DNA of 35,533 nt from Candidatus Woesearchaeota archaeon (lineage in GTDB: Archaea; Nanobdellota; Nanobdellia; Pacearchaeales; GW2011-AR1): assembly GCA_964502865.1 (NCBI GenBank), contig CAZCXX010000002.1, positions 1-35,533 of the forward strand, read 5' to 3'. Below, in pieces: positions 1-7,898 of this stretch. Every line of letters begins with the position of its first letter. Positions within the stretch are counted from its first letter, which is position 1. Under the pieces are notes generated by a model, which worked only from the letters and a program-made list of their open reading frames with translations, had not been told where the DNA came from and did not search any database. A program made the position numbers and the translations under genes.

Positions 1-171
1 ATACTCTTACAGTATCCTCAGCTTCGTGAAAAACAGTCTTCATTTTCATATATTATGGTGGTGCCTCGCACTCGTGAAGAGGTGATTAAACAACTGGAAG
101 AGATTGAGAAAAATCCTAGTAAGTTTCCTATTCTACTCTTCTTTGAGAGGACTGATAAAATTAGTGAATAA
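1..171 (+). CDS. C-terminal fragment of an unidentified protein (gene begins left of the window)
   Basis: Frame 1 is open from the window edge to TAA at 169-171 (...EEVIKQLEEIEKNPSKFPILLFFERTDKISE*). It is shorter than the ORF-track cutoff and I recognise no family. Confidence 0.3.
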   Translation: MLLQYPQLREKQSSFSYIMVVPRTREEVIKQLEEIEKNPSKFPILLFFERTDKISE

Positions 172-234
172 GAAAGCTGAAAAGAGACAATATTCCGCTT
201 CCTATGTTGATATTTTTACATAAAGCAAAATAGC

Positions 235-1389
235 TTATGTCTCTAAGTTTTCCTTTACTAGTGTCTTAACCCATTTTTTTATAATGACCATCTCAGATTC
301 CAAGCATTTTACTTTTTCATTTAAAATCTCTTTCTCATTATCTGATTTTTCGAGTCTTTTCTCTATTTCTGCTTTTGTGATATCTATCAATAAATCTTCC
401 TCTGTTATTGTATCTCTCATGCCTAACAACTCTGAGTAATAGTGAATTTTATCTGAGCTTTTCCAGCCAAACCGATATTTTAAGGCACTTTCGCTCTTAT
501 ATCGTGGCATCCAGTAGCAGCATGAACAATGGCGAAAATCATACATTGTGAGTTCTGAATATTTCTGACCTGCTGGACTTTCTTTCTCACCGAATATTTT
601 TCTTGCTAGTCTTTTGAGATATCTATTTACAACCGCAGGGTTTATCTTGAAAAGGTAATCATCTAAAGAAATCTTTTTATTTGTTACATATTGCTTTATG
701 AGTTCTGGGCAGAGCATGAGTTTAATTCTTCTTCCAAAGGTTTTGCTTATCTCTTCTCGAATATTCACTTCTTTGAAATCACTATGAAAATCTGAAACTT
801 TAATGTTCATTAATTCTGTTGGAGCTCGTATCCCTGAATCGAATAAGAACATAATAAGCACTTTATACTCGTATTTTACATTATCATAGACTTTCTTAAT
901 GTCGCTTTCAGTTAAATACACCCAGTCTGGCTTTTCTTCTCTTGAATCTAAATCCCTTGTAATATCAACTACTTCTATTTTCTTTTTTCGATTAATCTTT
1001 TCATACCAATGCCAAAAAGACCTAAAGATTTTAATATAATCTGAGACAGATTTATACCTCTTGCCATCGGGTCTCTTAATTGTTCCATTCATCATGGAAT
1101 TAAATAAAGAATGTATTTTCTCTTCAGTTAAATCTGAGATTTTATCGAGGTTATAGAGTGCTTTAATCTTTTTTATGATAAATATCATCCTATCTTTTAA
1201 TGAAATAAGACGAGTAAAGCTTCTCGCACCTTTTTTTGAACCAACTCCTATATTAACGCCTATTTCCATATCGTTAAGATATTGCATGAGGATATTCTTA
1301 TTGAACTCTCCAATTTCAGGAATGCCTCTGCTAGCCATTTCTTTCCATTTTACATAGACTTTTTCGCTATTGTAGGGATCTATCTTCAT
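235..1389 (-). CDS. Tyrosine recombinase / phage-type integrase
   Basis: ORF 235..1449. The C-terminal catalytic region carries DSGIRAPTEL (Arg), FRHCSCCYW (His-x-x-Arg-like) and a KIHYY Tyr region. I prefer the start at internal MKIDPYN (ATG 1387-1389) because a TATA-like TTTATAAG lies about 22 nt upstream. The gene lies directly beside the 3' end of tRNA-Glu. Confidence 0.8.
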   Translation of the reverse strand: MKIDPYNSEKVYVKWKEMASRGIPEIGEFNKNILMQYLNDMEIGVNIGVGSKKGARSFTRLISLKDRMIFIIKKIKALYNLDKISDLTEEKIHSLFNSMMNGTIKRPDGKRYKSVSDYIKIFRSFWHWYEKINRKKKIEVVDITRDLDSREEKPDWVYLTESDIKKVYDNVKYEYKVLIMFLFDSGIRAPTELMNIKVSDFHSDFKEVNIREEISKTFGRRIKLMLCPELIKQYVTNKKISLDDYLFKINPAVVNRYLKRLARKIFGEKESPAGQKYSELTMYDFRHCSCCYWMPRYKSESALKYRFGWKSSDKIHYYSELLGMRDTITEEDLLIDITKAEIEKRLEKSDNEKEILNEKVKCLESEMVIIKKWVKTLVKENLET

Positions 1390-1467
1390 TTGTATCTTAT
1401 GCTTGTTATTCTTATAAATAACAGGTATCTTTTGGGTACATCCCTGCAAAATGCCAGAATGGTAAAC

Positions 1468-1687
1468 TGCCCCTGCCGGGATTTGAACCCGGGTTTAGGC
1501 CGTTCTCCATCGCCTCAAGACACCTCAAATCTTGCGATTCTCGGCGCGCGTGAGAACCAGTGGTTCTCGACATGAGGCGCTGGTTAAAATCAGTGCCTGT
1601 CTGTGAGCAGACTGAAGTTGTTATCTCATCGACTGCAACTTCGGCTATACGAGAGGGCCTCGTCCTTGACCTCTAGACTACAAGGGC
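1468..1687 (-). tRNA. tRNA-Glu(CUC) interrupted by a 147-nt intron at canonical position 37/38 (intron = 1503..1649)
   Basis: Read on the minus strand. Acceptor GCCCTTG/CAGGGGC (one G-U pair), D stem GTCT/GGAC, anticodon stem AGGCC/GGCCT, loop CTCTCG|intron|C, T arm CCGGG-TTCAAAT-CCCGG, discriminator A. A BHB-like fold is possible: CTCT pairs GGAG, with 3-nt bulges CG|T and AA|C. A TATA box lies about 25 nt upstream. Confidence 0.75.
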
Positions 1688-1711
1688 AATGAAAGGATGG
1701 AGAGGTGAAGG

Positions 1712-1719
1712 TTTAAAAG
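1712..1719 (-). promoter_or_regulatory. TATA-like box for tRNA-Glu
   Basis: The minus strand reads CTTTTAAA about 25 nt upstream of the tRNA 5' end at 1687. Confidence 0.5.
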
Positions 1720-1737
1720 CTATTTGGTAATCAGAAA

Positions 1738-1810
1738 TAGCCCTGCCAGGATTCGAACCTGGGTTTATGCCGCCAGAGGGCATCATACTTGACCGCTATA
1801 CGACAGGGCT
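1738..1810 (-). tRNA. tRNA-Gln(CUG)
   Basis: The minus strand reads AGCCCTG TC GTAT AGCGGTCA.. ATGCC CTCTGGC GGCAT .. CCAGG TTCGAAT CCTGG CAGGGCT A. The A1-U72 pair is typical of archaeal tRNA-Gln. A TATA-like CTTTAAAA lies about 25 nt upstream (plus 1835-1842). Confidence 0.9.
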
Positions 1811-1893
1811 ATTGTTCTGGGTAGGAGAAAGGTGTTTTAAAGCTTTCCTGGAAAGATTTTTATAGAAGCGTATCGGAGAAAGAGGGAGGAAAC

Positions 1894-2202
1894 ATGGTTA
1901 ATTGGCTTCTTATCGGCGTCCTTGTGGTAGCAGCAATGATTATTTTGAAATTCAAGGAAATCAGACATCAGGCAGGTATTTTTATCGGTCTTGGGATACT
2001 TGTGTTTCTCGTACTTTCGTTCGGTCATTTGTCCGCCACCCACGATATTGATTTAAACTCGTTTGATGGGTTCATGTATGCAAGCAAACTCTATATGGCC
2101 TGGCTTAAACATGCATTCGGAAACGTGGTTGAAACGACAGCTTATGTAGTTCACAAAGATTGGGGCTTGAACTCAACAGGCATTAATGCGAGCAAGCCAT
2201 GA
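1894..2202 (+). CDS. Small membrane protein (two predicted TM helices), paralog of the next gene
   Basis: The 102-aa ORF has a hydrophobic N-terminal half. GAGGGAGG lies 5-10 nt upstream of the ATG. Its stop overlaps the next start (ATGA). The C-terminal motif Y-AW...NV...T..VV..DW...NAS is shared with 2199..2423. Confidence 0.6.
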   Translation: MVNWLLIGVLVVAAMIILKFKEIRHQAGIFIGLGILVFLVLSFGHLSATHDIDLNSFDGFMYASKLYMAWLKHAFGNVVETTAYVVHKDWGLNSTGINASKP

Positions 2203-2423
2203 TTCGCGTCGGACTTGCAGTTTTTATCTTCTTTATCATTGGCGCTCTTTTTATTATCAGTAATGAGAATTTACAATTAGCAGATCGAGAGGAATATAAA
2301 GAATTTGTAGGTTTGTATTCTGCATGGATTTCATCCCTTGGTGAAAATGTTCGGCGCGTAACTGGGGCGGTTGTTGCAAGTGATTGGATACCAGATGCTG
2401 AAACTATGAACGCAAGCGAATAA
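2199..2423 (+). CDS. Small membrane protein, paralog of 1894..2202
   Basis: The 74-aa ORF has one N-terminal TM helix, is translationally coupled by the ATGA overlap, and shares the C-terminal motif of the upstream gene. Confidence 0.6.
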   Translation: MIRVGLAVFIFFIIGALFIISNENLQLADREEYKEFVGLYSAWISSLGENVRRVTGAVVASDWIPDAETMNASE

Positions 2424-2476
2424 TCGGCGCATTTTCGCTTACGCGGTTTTGCGTCAAGAGCGTAGCACAGGGACAT

Positions 2477-2584
2477 CTGAAGAACTCTGGGTTGAAACCC
2501 AGAGGTTCCTTGAGTTCTTCAGACCTCGAAAATTCATTTGCTTACTCCGGACTAAAGCCACGGAGCGTGCGCAAGTGAATTTTC
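2477..2584. other. Two adjacent nested-stem hairpins in the spacer upstream of tRNA-Thr
   Basis: CTGAAGAACTC (2477-2487) pairs with GAGTTCTTCAG (2512-2522) and encloses CTCTGGGT/ACCCAGAG. GAAAATTCATTTGC (2528-2541) pairs with GCAAGTGAATTTTC (2571-2584), 13 of 14 positions, and encloses CTCCG/CGGAG. Confidence 0.6.
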
Positions 2585-2654
2585 TCAGTGTCAAATGTGA
2601 GGCGGCAGCAATAAGCGGCATGTTTTTATACACATTTTGTGATCGTGATTATAA

Positions 2655-2726
2655 GCCTCTATGGCTCAGTGGTAGAGCGTTTCCTTGGTAAGGAAAAGGT
2701 CCCGAGTTCAATCCTCGGTAGAGGCT
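2655..2726 (+). tRNA. tRNA-Thr(GGU)
   Basis: GCCTCTA TG GCTC AGTGGT AGAGC G TTTCC TTGGTAA GGAAA AGGTC CCGAG TTCAATC CTCGG TAGAGGC T. A TATA-like TTTTTATAC lies about 20 nt upstream. Confidence 0.9.
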
Positions 2727-2821
2727 TTGGTTACTTACTTTCTATCGAAAAGAAGAAACCCTCTAAGCTGAACTACCGCTCTTGACGGTAGTTATATAAA
2801 CTCTTCTTTTTTTTGTTGGGT

Positions 2822-3295
2822 ATGACATTTGATTTCAATCATTTTTGTGAGCAGTACGATGCTCTTGCAAAACGCCATTCATTGCCTTTGTTTGCCGTGC
2901 TCAATAATGATTTTGAACTTGAAAAAATATCTCAGGAAAGCATAACTGTACTTCGCGTTGTACGAAAAACAATGATGGAAAAAATATTCAATCTTCTTAA
3001 TTTTCTTGAAATGATTCTCAATCCAGTGAATGCTCCACGAACCTATTTGCCATATATTAAAGTAATGACGAATGATCATCGTAAGATTATTGACAAATTA
3101 TATGGCACGTTTGGGAAATTAACACTTCGTGCTCTTCCCCTTGAAGTCAACTATACTGAAAAGCGTGAAGCAATTATGATAAAAGACATTTATGGAGTTT
3201 GGCTTGATGTTAAACCAGAGCTCGCTGAAATCATGGAACAGATTGCAATACCAATTGATGGTCTTGCAAAGAAAGAAAGAAGTTATTATGGGTAA
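2822..3295 (+). CDS. Hypothetical protein
   Basis: ORF 2813..3295. I prefer ATG 2822 because TATATAAA (2793-2800) lies about 22 nt upstream. No recognisable motif. Confidence 0.55.
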   Translation: MTFDFNHFCEQYDALAKRHSLPLFAVLNNDFELEKISQESITVLRVVRKTMMEKIFNLLNFLEMILNPVNAPRTYLPYIKVMTNDHRKIIDKLYGTFGKLTLRALPLEVNYTEKREAIMIKDIYGVWLDVKPELAEIMEQIAIPIDGLAKKERSYYG

Positions 3296-3362
3296 AAGAC
3301 GTAAGAAACCAAGGTTTCTTGCTGACAACTTCCTTTAAGTTACCCTTACTAACCCTCCTTAT

Positions 3363-5003
3363 TCAACGATCTTCCAGTTTCTTCAGCAAAGGTTCCAGTG
3401 AAATTTCCAAGACACAACCGGGCAGTTTCAGAGCATATGACCGGAGGGTTTCTGGATGGAGTTCACCGAAGTAACCAATTTCTTGATTGTTAATAAGAAT
3501 TATCGCGGTACGACCGTCAATACATCTTTTTTGCACACTTTCTATCAACGCATATTGCAGGGAAAGAGCCGAGCATAACGAATCAAGGATCTGTTTCATC
3601 TGAGTAAAATTACCGGGCATGAGTGTGATTGAGAGCTTAAGTGGTTCAGCGATGCCTGTTTCGGGTATTCTTTTGTCTTTCTTAAAGACACGACCTATTT
3701 CGAAGAAGTTTTGCGGGTATTCATTATCCTTGTTTTCTGCGAGAATGCGAAGTGCAGGCGTTATCAGATCGGGTCGGAGGGCTTTATATTCGGTTTTCGC
3801 GTTTTCAAGCTCAACCCGCTCATGTTCCGGAATAATTTTTGCTTCTTCATTGGTAATCAGATGATACGTTGCAATTTCAAGCAAACCAAGACCAACCAGC
3901 GTTTCTGATGTGAGTGTTCTTATGCTGCTTTCAACTGACTCTTCTGCGATGGTTGCTGCAAGTGCAGGCAATTGAGGGACGAGACGATCGTATCCATAAG
4001 CGATGGCGATATCTTCAATAATATCTACTTCGTGCATGACATCAGTGCGCCATGCAGGGATTGAAACGAGGTGGTTTTTGTACCCATATCCCATCCGAGG
4101 AAGGAGTTTTTCAAGGTCTCTCTCTTTGAGATCAAGGCCAAGATATCTATTTACTGCTTCCAACGAAAGTTTCTTTTTCTGGGGAGTAAGGTCTGGAGTT
4201 GTCAGTTTCTTTCCATTTGCTTGTATACAGGTAAGCGGGTAGATTGTTCCCCCCATTTCGGCTAGCATTGTTGCCATAATCGCAAGGACTTGCTCTAAGG
4301 TTTTTATGTTTGTTCCTGTTACTTCAACAAATACTTCTTTTGTTGCTTCATCTACTTTTCCGAGATCGTGAGAATTAATAATCGGCGGCATCGACATGAT
4401 TTCTTTTTTTGCGTCAATGAATAGAGGAAATGCCGACCATTCGGCACAGATATGGGCATATTCGCGACCGGTAGGATGGTCTGTCAATATTTGCCTTCCC
4501 GAAATTACTTTTGGATGCTCCAAAGGTCTGAATTTAATCTTATCCGGGTGCATGCCGATAAATCGAACAGGGAAATGAATTTTCTCAAGCGGGTAAACTC
4601 CAATGCCTCCTTTTTTTCGTTTGCGCAATAGCGTGCTTCCTAATTTTTCTTGAATATTCATAATTTCACGAATTCTTTCGTCAGTTAGCGATAATCCCTT
4701 TACGACACAAGCAACTGCGTAGGGCCATTCTTTAGGAACTGTCTTCTCCACAATAACTCGGTCTTTTGTTTGTTTGACTGTGTACTTAGGTAATCCGCTC
4801 TCTTTTCCGAGATATGCCCGGATAGCTCGCATAAACCCTGATAATGAAAGGAGATCTGGACGGTTGGGAAGTACTTGGAGCTCAAGCTCATTTTCAGTCA
4901 GGCGCTCTACTGGGACACCGAACATCATTATCTTGTCGAGTACTTCAGGAGTTAGTTTTATTTCTTTTTCAATTTCTGCGCGTGCGAATGTTACATTTGC
5001 CAT
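3363..5003 (-). CDS. pheT: Phenylalanine--tRNA ligase beta subunit (archaeal type)
   Basis: ORF 3363..5063. The length and layout fit archaeal PheT. I prefer the start at MANVTFARAEIEKEI (ATG 5001-5003), one nt after the pheS stop, which implies an operon with pheS. Confidence 0.9.
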   Translation of the reverse strand: MANVTFARAEIEKEIKLTPEVLDKIMMFGVPVERLTENELELQVLPNRPDLLSLSGFMRAIRAYLGKESGLPKYTVKQTKDRVIVEKTVPKEWPYAVACVVKGLSLTDERIREIMNIQEKLGSTLLRKRKKGGIGVYPLEKIHFPVRFIGMHPDKIKFRPLEHPKVISGRQILTDHPTGREYAHICAEWSAFPLFIDAKKEIMSMPPIINSHDLGKVDEATKEVFVEVTGTNIKTLEQVLAIMATMLAEMGGTIYPLTCIQANGKKLTTPDLTPQKKKLSLEAVNRYLGLDLKERDLEKLLPRMGYGYKNHLVSIPAWRTDVMHEVDIIEDIAIAYGYDRLVPQLPALAATIAEESVESSIRTLTSETLVGLGLLEIATYHLITNEEAKIIPEHERVELENAKTEYKALRPDLITPALRILAENKDNEYPQNFFEIGRVFKKDKRIPETGIAEPLKLSITLMPGNFTQMKQILDSLCSALSLQYALIESVQKRCIDGRTAIILINNQEIGYFGELHPETLRSYALKLPGCVLEISLEPLLKKLEDR

Positions 5004-5004
5004 T

Positions 5005-6552
5005 TTATTTCTTCCAGAGCGGCTTTGTGCGAAGCGCTCGTACGTCGTTTTGATAGACTTCACGCAAGTCTTTAATTTTGTAATATTCCATGATGATGCG
5101 CTCGAATCCTTGTCCCCACGCGAGTACGCGGACGTCTGGCCCCAGTAAGGTGGTCGTTATTTCCGGTCTAAACATGCCTGCACCTCCGAGTTCAATCCAT
5201 ATCTTTTTTTCTGGGTGGAATATGTGCACCTCGACCGAAGGCTCGGTGTAGGGAAAGAAACTTGGCACGCACTTGATTTGGCCGTATCCCATCTTCTTAT
5301 AGAATGCTTTAAGGTATCCAAGCAGATGTTGTAGCGTTACTTCTTTGCTTACGACAATGCCTTCTGTTTGGTAGAATTCAAATAAATGGCTCCAATCGAG
5401 CGTTTCATTTCTGAATACTTTTCCAATGGCAAAATATTTTGCAGGGAGCTGATTTATTTTGAGTTCGGCAAGCGTTCGTGCAGAGAGACCTGTTGTGTGT
5501 GTTCTGAGTACCAGCTTTGTTGCTTCGCGCTCTTGCCAGGGAGAGTGCCACCCGGTACTTCCCGCAACTCCTTCTTCATGGCTTTCTTTCACGCGCTTTA
5601 CCAGTGCCGCAGGTGGTAGCGTCCCTTGTGCGTTTTTAATAAAAAAAGTATCTTGCATTTCACGCGCGGGATGATCTTGCGGGGTAAAGAGCGCATCGAA
5701 GACCCAGAAGGAAGTATCTACCAGCGGACCGGACATTTCAATAAAACCGAGATCGAGCCAGATGCGGCGGGCATATTCGACCGTATGAGTGACGAAGTTT
5801 TTCTTTCCTCCTGAGCGATGTGGTACTTGAGCATGAATGTCATATTTACGAAAACGCTTTCCTTTACTCCATGTTTTTATGATTTCTGGAGTGACTTCTT
5901 CAATAAGGTCAATGTCAATCTTCTGCCCGGCAAGCGTTTTTCCGAGCTGTGTGAGTAAGATCACTACTTTTCTTTCTTCGCGGAACTCAATAATCTCTTT
6001 TCTCTTTTTAAGACTTTCAACAGCATGCAATAGTTCTGGAGGGAGAGATTCAAGTGGACGGGGAAGCATTTCCAAGAGTTGTTCTTCAAATGATTTTTTA
6101 ATAAGATCATCCTTTGATGCGGTGAGCGAGATTTTTCCATTTGTAAGTGAGATAAGCGCTTTTCCTTTTAAGACTCCGAGTGATACTTTAAACTCATTGT
6201 CTGAAAGCTTTGCTTGCTTTTGCGCTTCCTGGAGCAAACGGTGGTTCTTTTCTTCCAATGCAAGAAGAAGTGCACGCTCGGGAAGGTGATTTTTCTTATA
6301 GTAAATACCGTTCGTGCTCAGATCCACAATGGTCTTTCTTTCTATTTCGACTTTAAGGATTGCTTTATTTTCCAAGAATCTAAGCCCGCGCAAGAGGGAA
6401 ACATCATCAAGACCTGACTTTTCCTTGATTTCTCCGTAAGGGAACTTTAGAAAGGAGATAATTTTACGTTCTAACGGAGAGAGTTTATCAATTATTTCTA
6501 TTACAGGTTCGAGATGTGCAGGTACCGCACCATTTTTTTGAGAGGAGGACAT
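5005..6552 (-). CDS. pheS: Phenylalanine--tRNA ligase alpha subunit (archaeal/eukaryotic type with long N-terminal extension)
   Basis: The 515-aa protein has a class II catalytic core (HPAREMQDTFF, LRTHTT, FRNE, GAGM...GFERI) preceded by about 250 aa of helical or winged-helix-like sequence. Confidence 0.9.
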   Translation of the reverse strand: MSSSQKNGAVPAHLEPVIEIIDKLSPLERKIISFLKFPYGEIKEKSGLDDVSLLRGLRFLENKAILKVEIERKTIVDLSTNGIYYKKNHLPERALLLALEEKNHRLLQEAQKQAKLSDNEFKVSLGVLKGKALISLTNGKISLTASKDDLIKKSFEEQLLEMLPRPLESLPPELLHAVESLKKRKEIIEFREERKVVILLTQLGKTLAGQKIDIDLIEEVTPEIIKTWSKGKRFRKYDIHAQVPHRSGGKKNFVTHTVEYARRIWLDLGFIEMSGPLVDTSFWVFDALFTPQDHPAREMQDTFFIKNAQGTLPPAALVKRVKESHEEGVAGSTGWHSPWQEREATKLVLRTHTTGLSARTLAELKINQLPAKYFAIGKVFRNETLDWSHLFEFYQTEGIVVSKEVTLQHLLGYLKAFYKKMGYGQIKCVPSFFPYTEPSVEVHIFHPEKKIWIELGGAGMFRPEITTTLLGPDVRVLAWGQGFERIIMEYYKIKDLREVYQNDVRALRTKPLWKK

Positions 6553-6573
6553 AGGGGAGGAAGGAGAGTCGGG

Positions 6574-6581
6574 CTTAAAAA
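6574..6581 (-). promoter_or_regulatory. TATA-like box for pheS-pheT
   Basis: The minus strand reads TTTTTAAG about 22 nt upstream of the pheS ATG (6550-6552). No Shine-Dalgarno sequence is present, so the transcript is probably leaderless. Confidence 0.5.
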
Positions 6582-6582
6582 G

Positions 6583-6770
6583 CTATAGGAAATCGCTTTA
6601 ATAATCGTAATTTCTAACGCGATTTCCTATCTATCAAACAACACAACCACTACGAAAATTAATGTTGTTTGATATAGAGGACTTTGAAAAACCCCAAAGT
6701 CCTCTATCGAACCGCTTTGAAAACCCTCGAAGGACATCGAAATTGGAGGGTTATTCAAAGCTCTCTATAG
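6583..6770 (+). repeat. Hairpin-repeat family B, copy 1 (four consecutive TAG...CTA-footed hairpins)
   Basis: CTATAG-GAAATCGC[22 nt]GCGATTTC-CTATC; TATCAAACAACA[19 nt]TGTTGTTTGATA; TAGAGGACTTT[10 nt]AAAGTCCTCTA; CTTTGAAAACCCTC[17 nt]GAGGGTTATTCAAAG-CTCTCTATAG. The first two hairpins recur at 13258..13350. Confidence 0.85.
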
Positions 6771-7210
6771 TGATTGTCAATCAAGGTTGCTTGACTTGCT
6801 TGCTCGTTCGAGGCCCCCAGACAACGAAGCAAGGCTCTTGCTCCTTCCGGTGTGTATGCATGGAGCACGGAAAGCGGTGTAGAGGCTTTCCTACAGAGGA
6901 CAATCATCTGTTTTATACGTGCAAGCTCACGTCCACGCTCACGAGGTGAAAGTATGCGGAGTGCTTTGATATCAAATGCAAGCGCGATTTTCTTCTTTGC
7001 CGCTATGCGAGCACTGATATCGCTATACGGAAGGTCAAGAGAGCGCAGGGTGTCATGCTTTGGCATTGAGTGATTCATAACCAAGATATCACATTGTATT
7101 TTCTCAATCAATGCACGATTCCATTTCTCATCCTGCGCTAGAATTTTTACTGGCTTCGACATGCTTGTCACTAATTTTCGAATATTATTTAGCGATGTTT
7201 CTGAAATCAT
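6755..7210 (-). CDS. rnp3: RNase P protein component 3 (Rpp30-like), short form
   Basis: The 151-aa protein resembles archaeal Rpp30 in the segment DILVMNH...SDISARIAAKKKIALAFDI...RERGRELARIKQMIVLCRKASTPLSV...ARALLRCLGAS. It lies one nt downstream of pyrH. It is shorter than the typical 210-240 aa. Confidence 0.55.
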   Translation of the reverse strand: MISETSLNNIRKLVTSMSKPVKILAQDEKWNRALIEKIQCDILVMNHSMPKHDTLRSLDLPYSDISARIAAKKKIALAFDIKALRILSPRERGRELARIKQMIVLCRKASTPLSVLHAYTPEGARALLRCLGASNEQASQATLIDNHYREL

Positions 7211-7211
7211 A

Positions 7212-7898
7212 TTACTCAGTAATCAGCGTTCCTTTAAATGGCTTATTGTGGAGAATATTTGTGAGCTGTTTACAATCTGGACCTATAATGTAGGTGGTGA
7301 TACGCCTTTTCCGGATGATTGTCGCCGCTTTTTGATCTAAGACAAAATGCTGTCCTGGAACATAGGGTTTACTATGGGCGAGTTTTTCAAAAACAGCCCA
7401 TGACACTTGAGGGACCAGTTTAGCATTTGTATTGGTGTATGGATCTGCAGTATGGAGACCTGAAGTGTTAGTCATATTGATAAATTGCGTGTTTAAGTAT
7501 TGGGCAAGGCGAGCGGCAGTACTATCGGATGTTGAATCGGGCACGTAGCGGAGTGCGCCGCAGATGACGACATTATTCGTTGGAAGATTGTCTTTGACGG
7601 TTTGCATGGTTGCAGGCAGGATGTCATTGGCTTCCACACCGAAAAATTGCATGAGGAAGCGGGCATTCATACGTGTTGCACGAATGCCTGCAAGTGCTTG
7701 CTCGTATTCTGAGAGATGAACTGCACGCAAGGTGTCCATGTACTTTCTCGCGATGGAGCCGCCACCACAGACGATAACGAATCGGTAATGAGCATAATGG
7801 CTTCTGAGTTCTTCTCTGAACCGTTTCAGAAACGGAGTATCCATGGGATCGGGCACTATAAGCGAACCGCCGAGCGAGAGCACCACCACCTTTTTCAT
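7212..7898 (-). CDS. pyrH: Uridylate (UMP) kinase, archaeal type
   Basis: Amino-acid-kinase fold motifs are present: LSLGGS, VCGGGSIARKY, GIRATRMNA, STSDSTAARLA, TNTSGLHTADP and a ...GTLI C-terminus. TATTTAAATA lies about 25 nt upstream. Confidence 0.85.
   Translation of the reverse strand: MKKVVVLSLGGSLIVPDPMDTPFLKRFREELRSHYAHYRFVIVCGGGSIARKYMDTLRAVHLSEYEQALAGIRATRMNARFLMQFFGVEANDILPATMQTVKDNLPTNNVVICGALRYVPDSTSDSTAARLAQYLNTQFINMTNTSGLHTADPYTNTNAKLVPQVSWAVFEKLAHSKPYVPGQHFVLDQKAATIIRKRRITTYIIGPDCKQLTNILHNKPFKGTLITE

Noticed and set aside
1282-1575. ORF 1282..1575 (+), 97 aa
   Set aside because: It runs antisense through the integrase 5' end and into the tRNA-Glu exon and intron, where the tRNA structure explains the sequence.
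1503-1649. Box C/D guide RNA inside the tRNA-Glu intron (GATGAG ... CTGA)
   Set aside because: Only an imperfect C-like box and one CTGA are present. No convincing C'/D' pair or terminal stem exists, so I mention it only as something to test.
2183-2691. ORFs 2183..2476 (-) and 2449..2691 (+)
   Set aside because: They overlap the small membrane-protein genes, the hairpin-rich spacer and tRNA-Thr. Their composition does not look coding.
3619-6417. Many 60-150-aa ORFs on the plus strand inside pheT and pheS (for example 3619..3864, 4774..5148, 5837..6289)
   Set aside because: They are antisense shadow ORFs within well-supported synthetase genes. They have low-complexity Ser/Arg/Phe-rich translations and no promoter or family signal.
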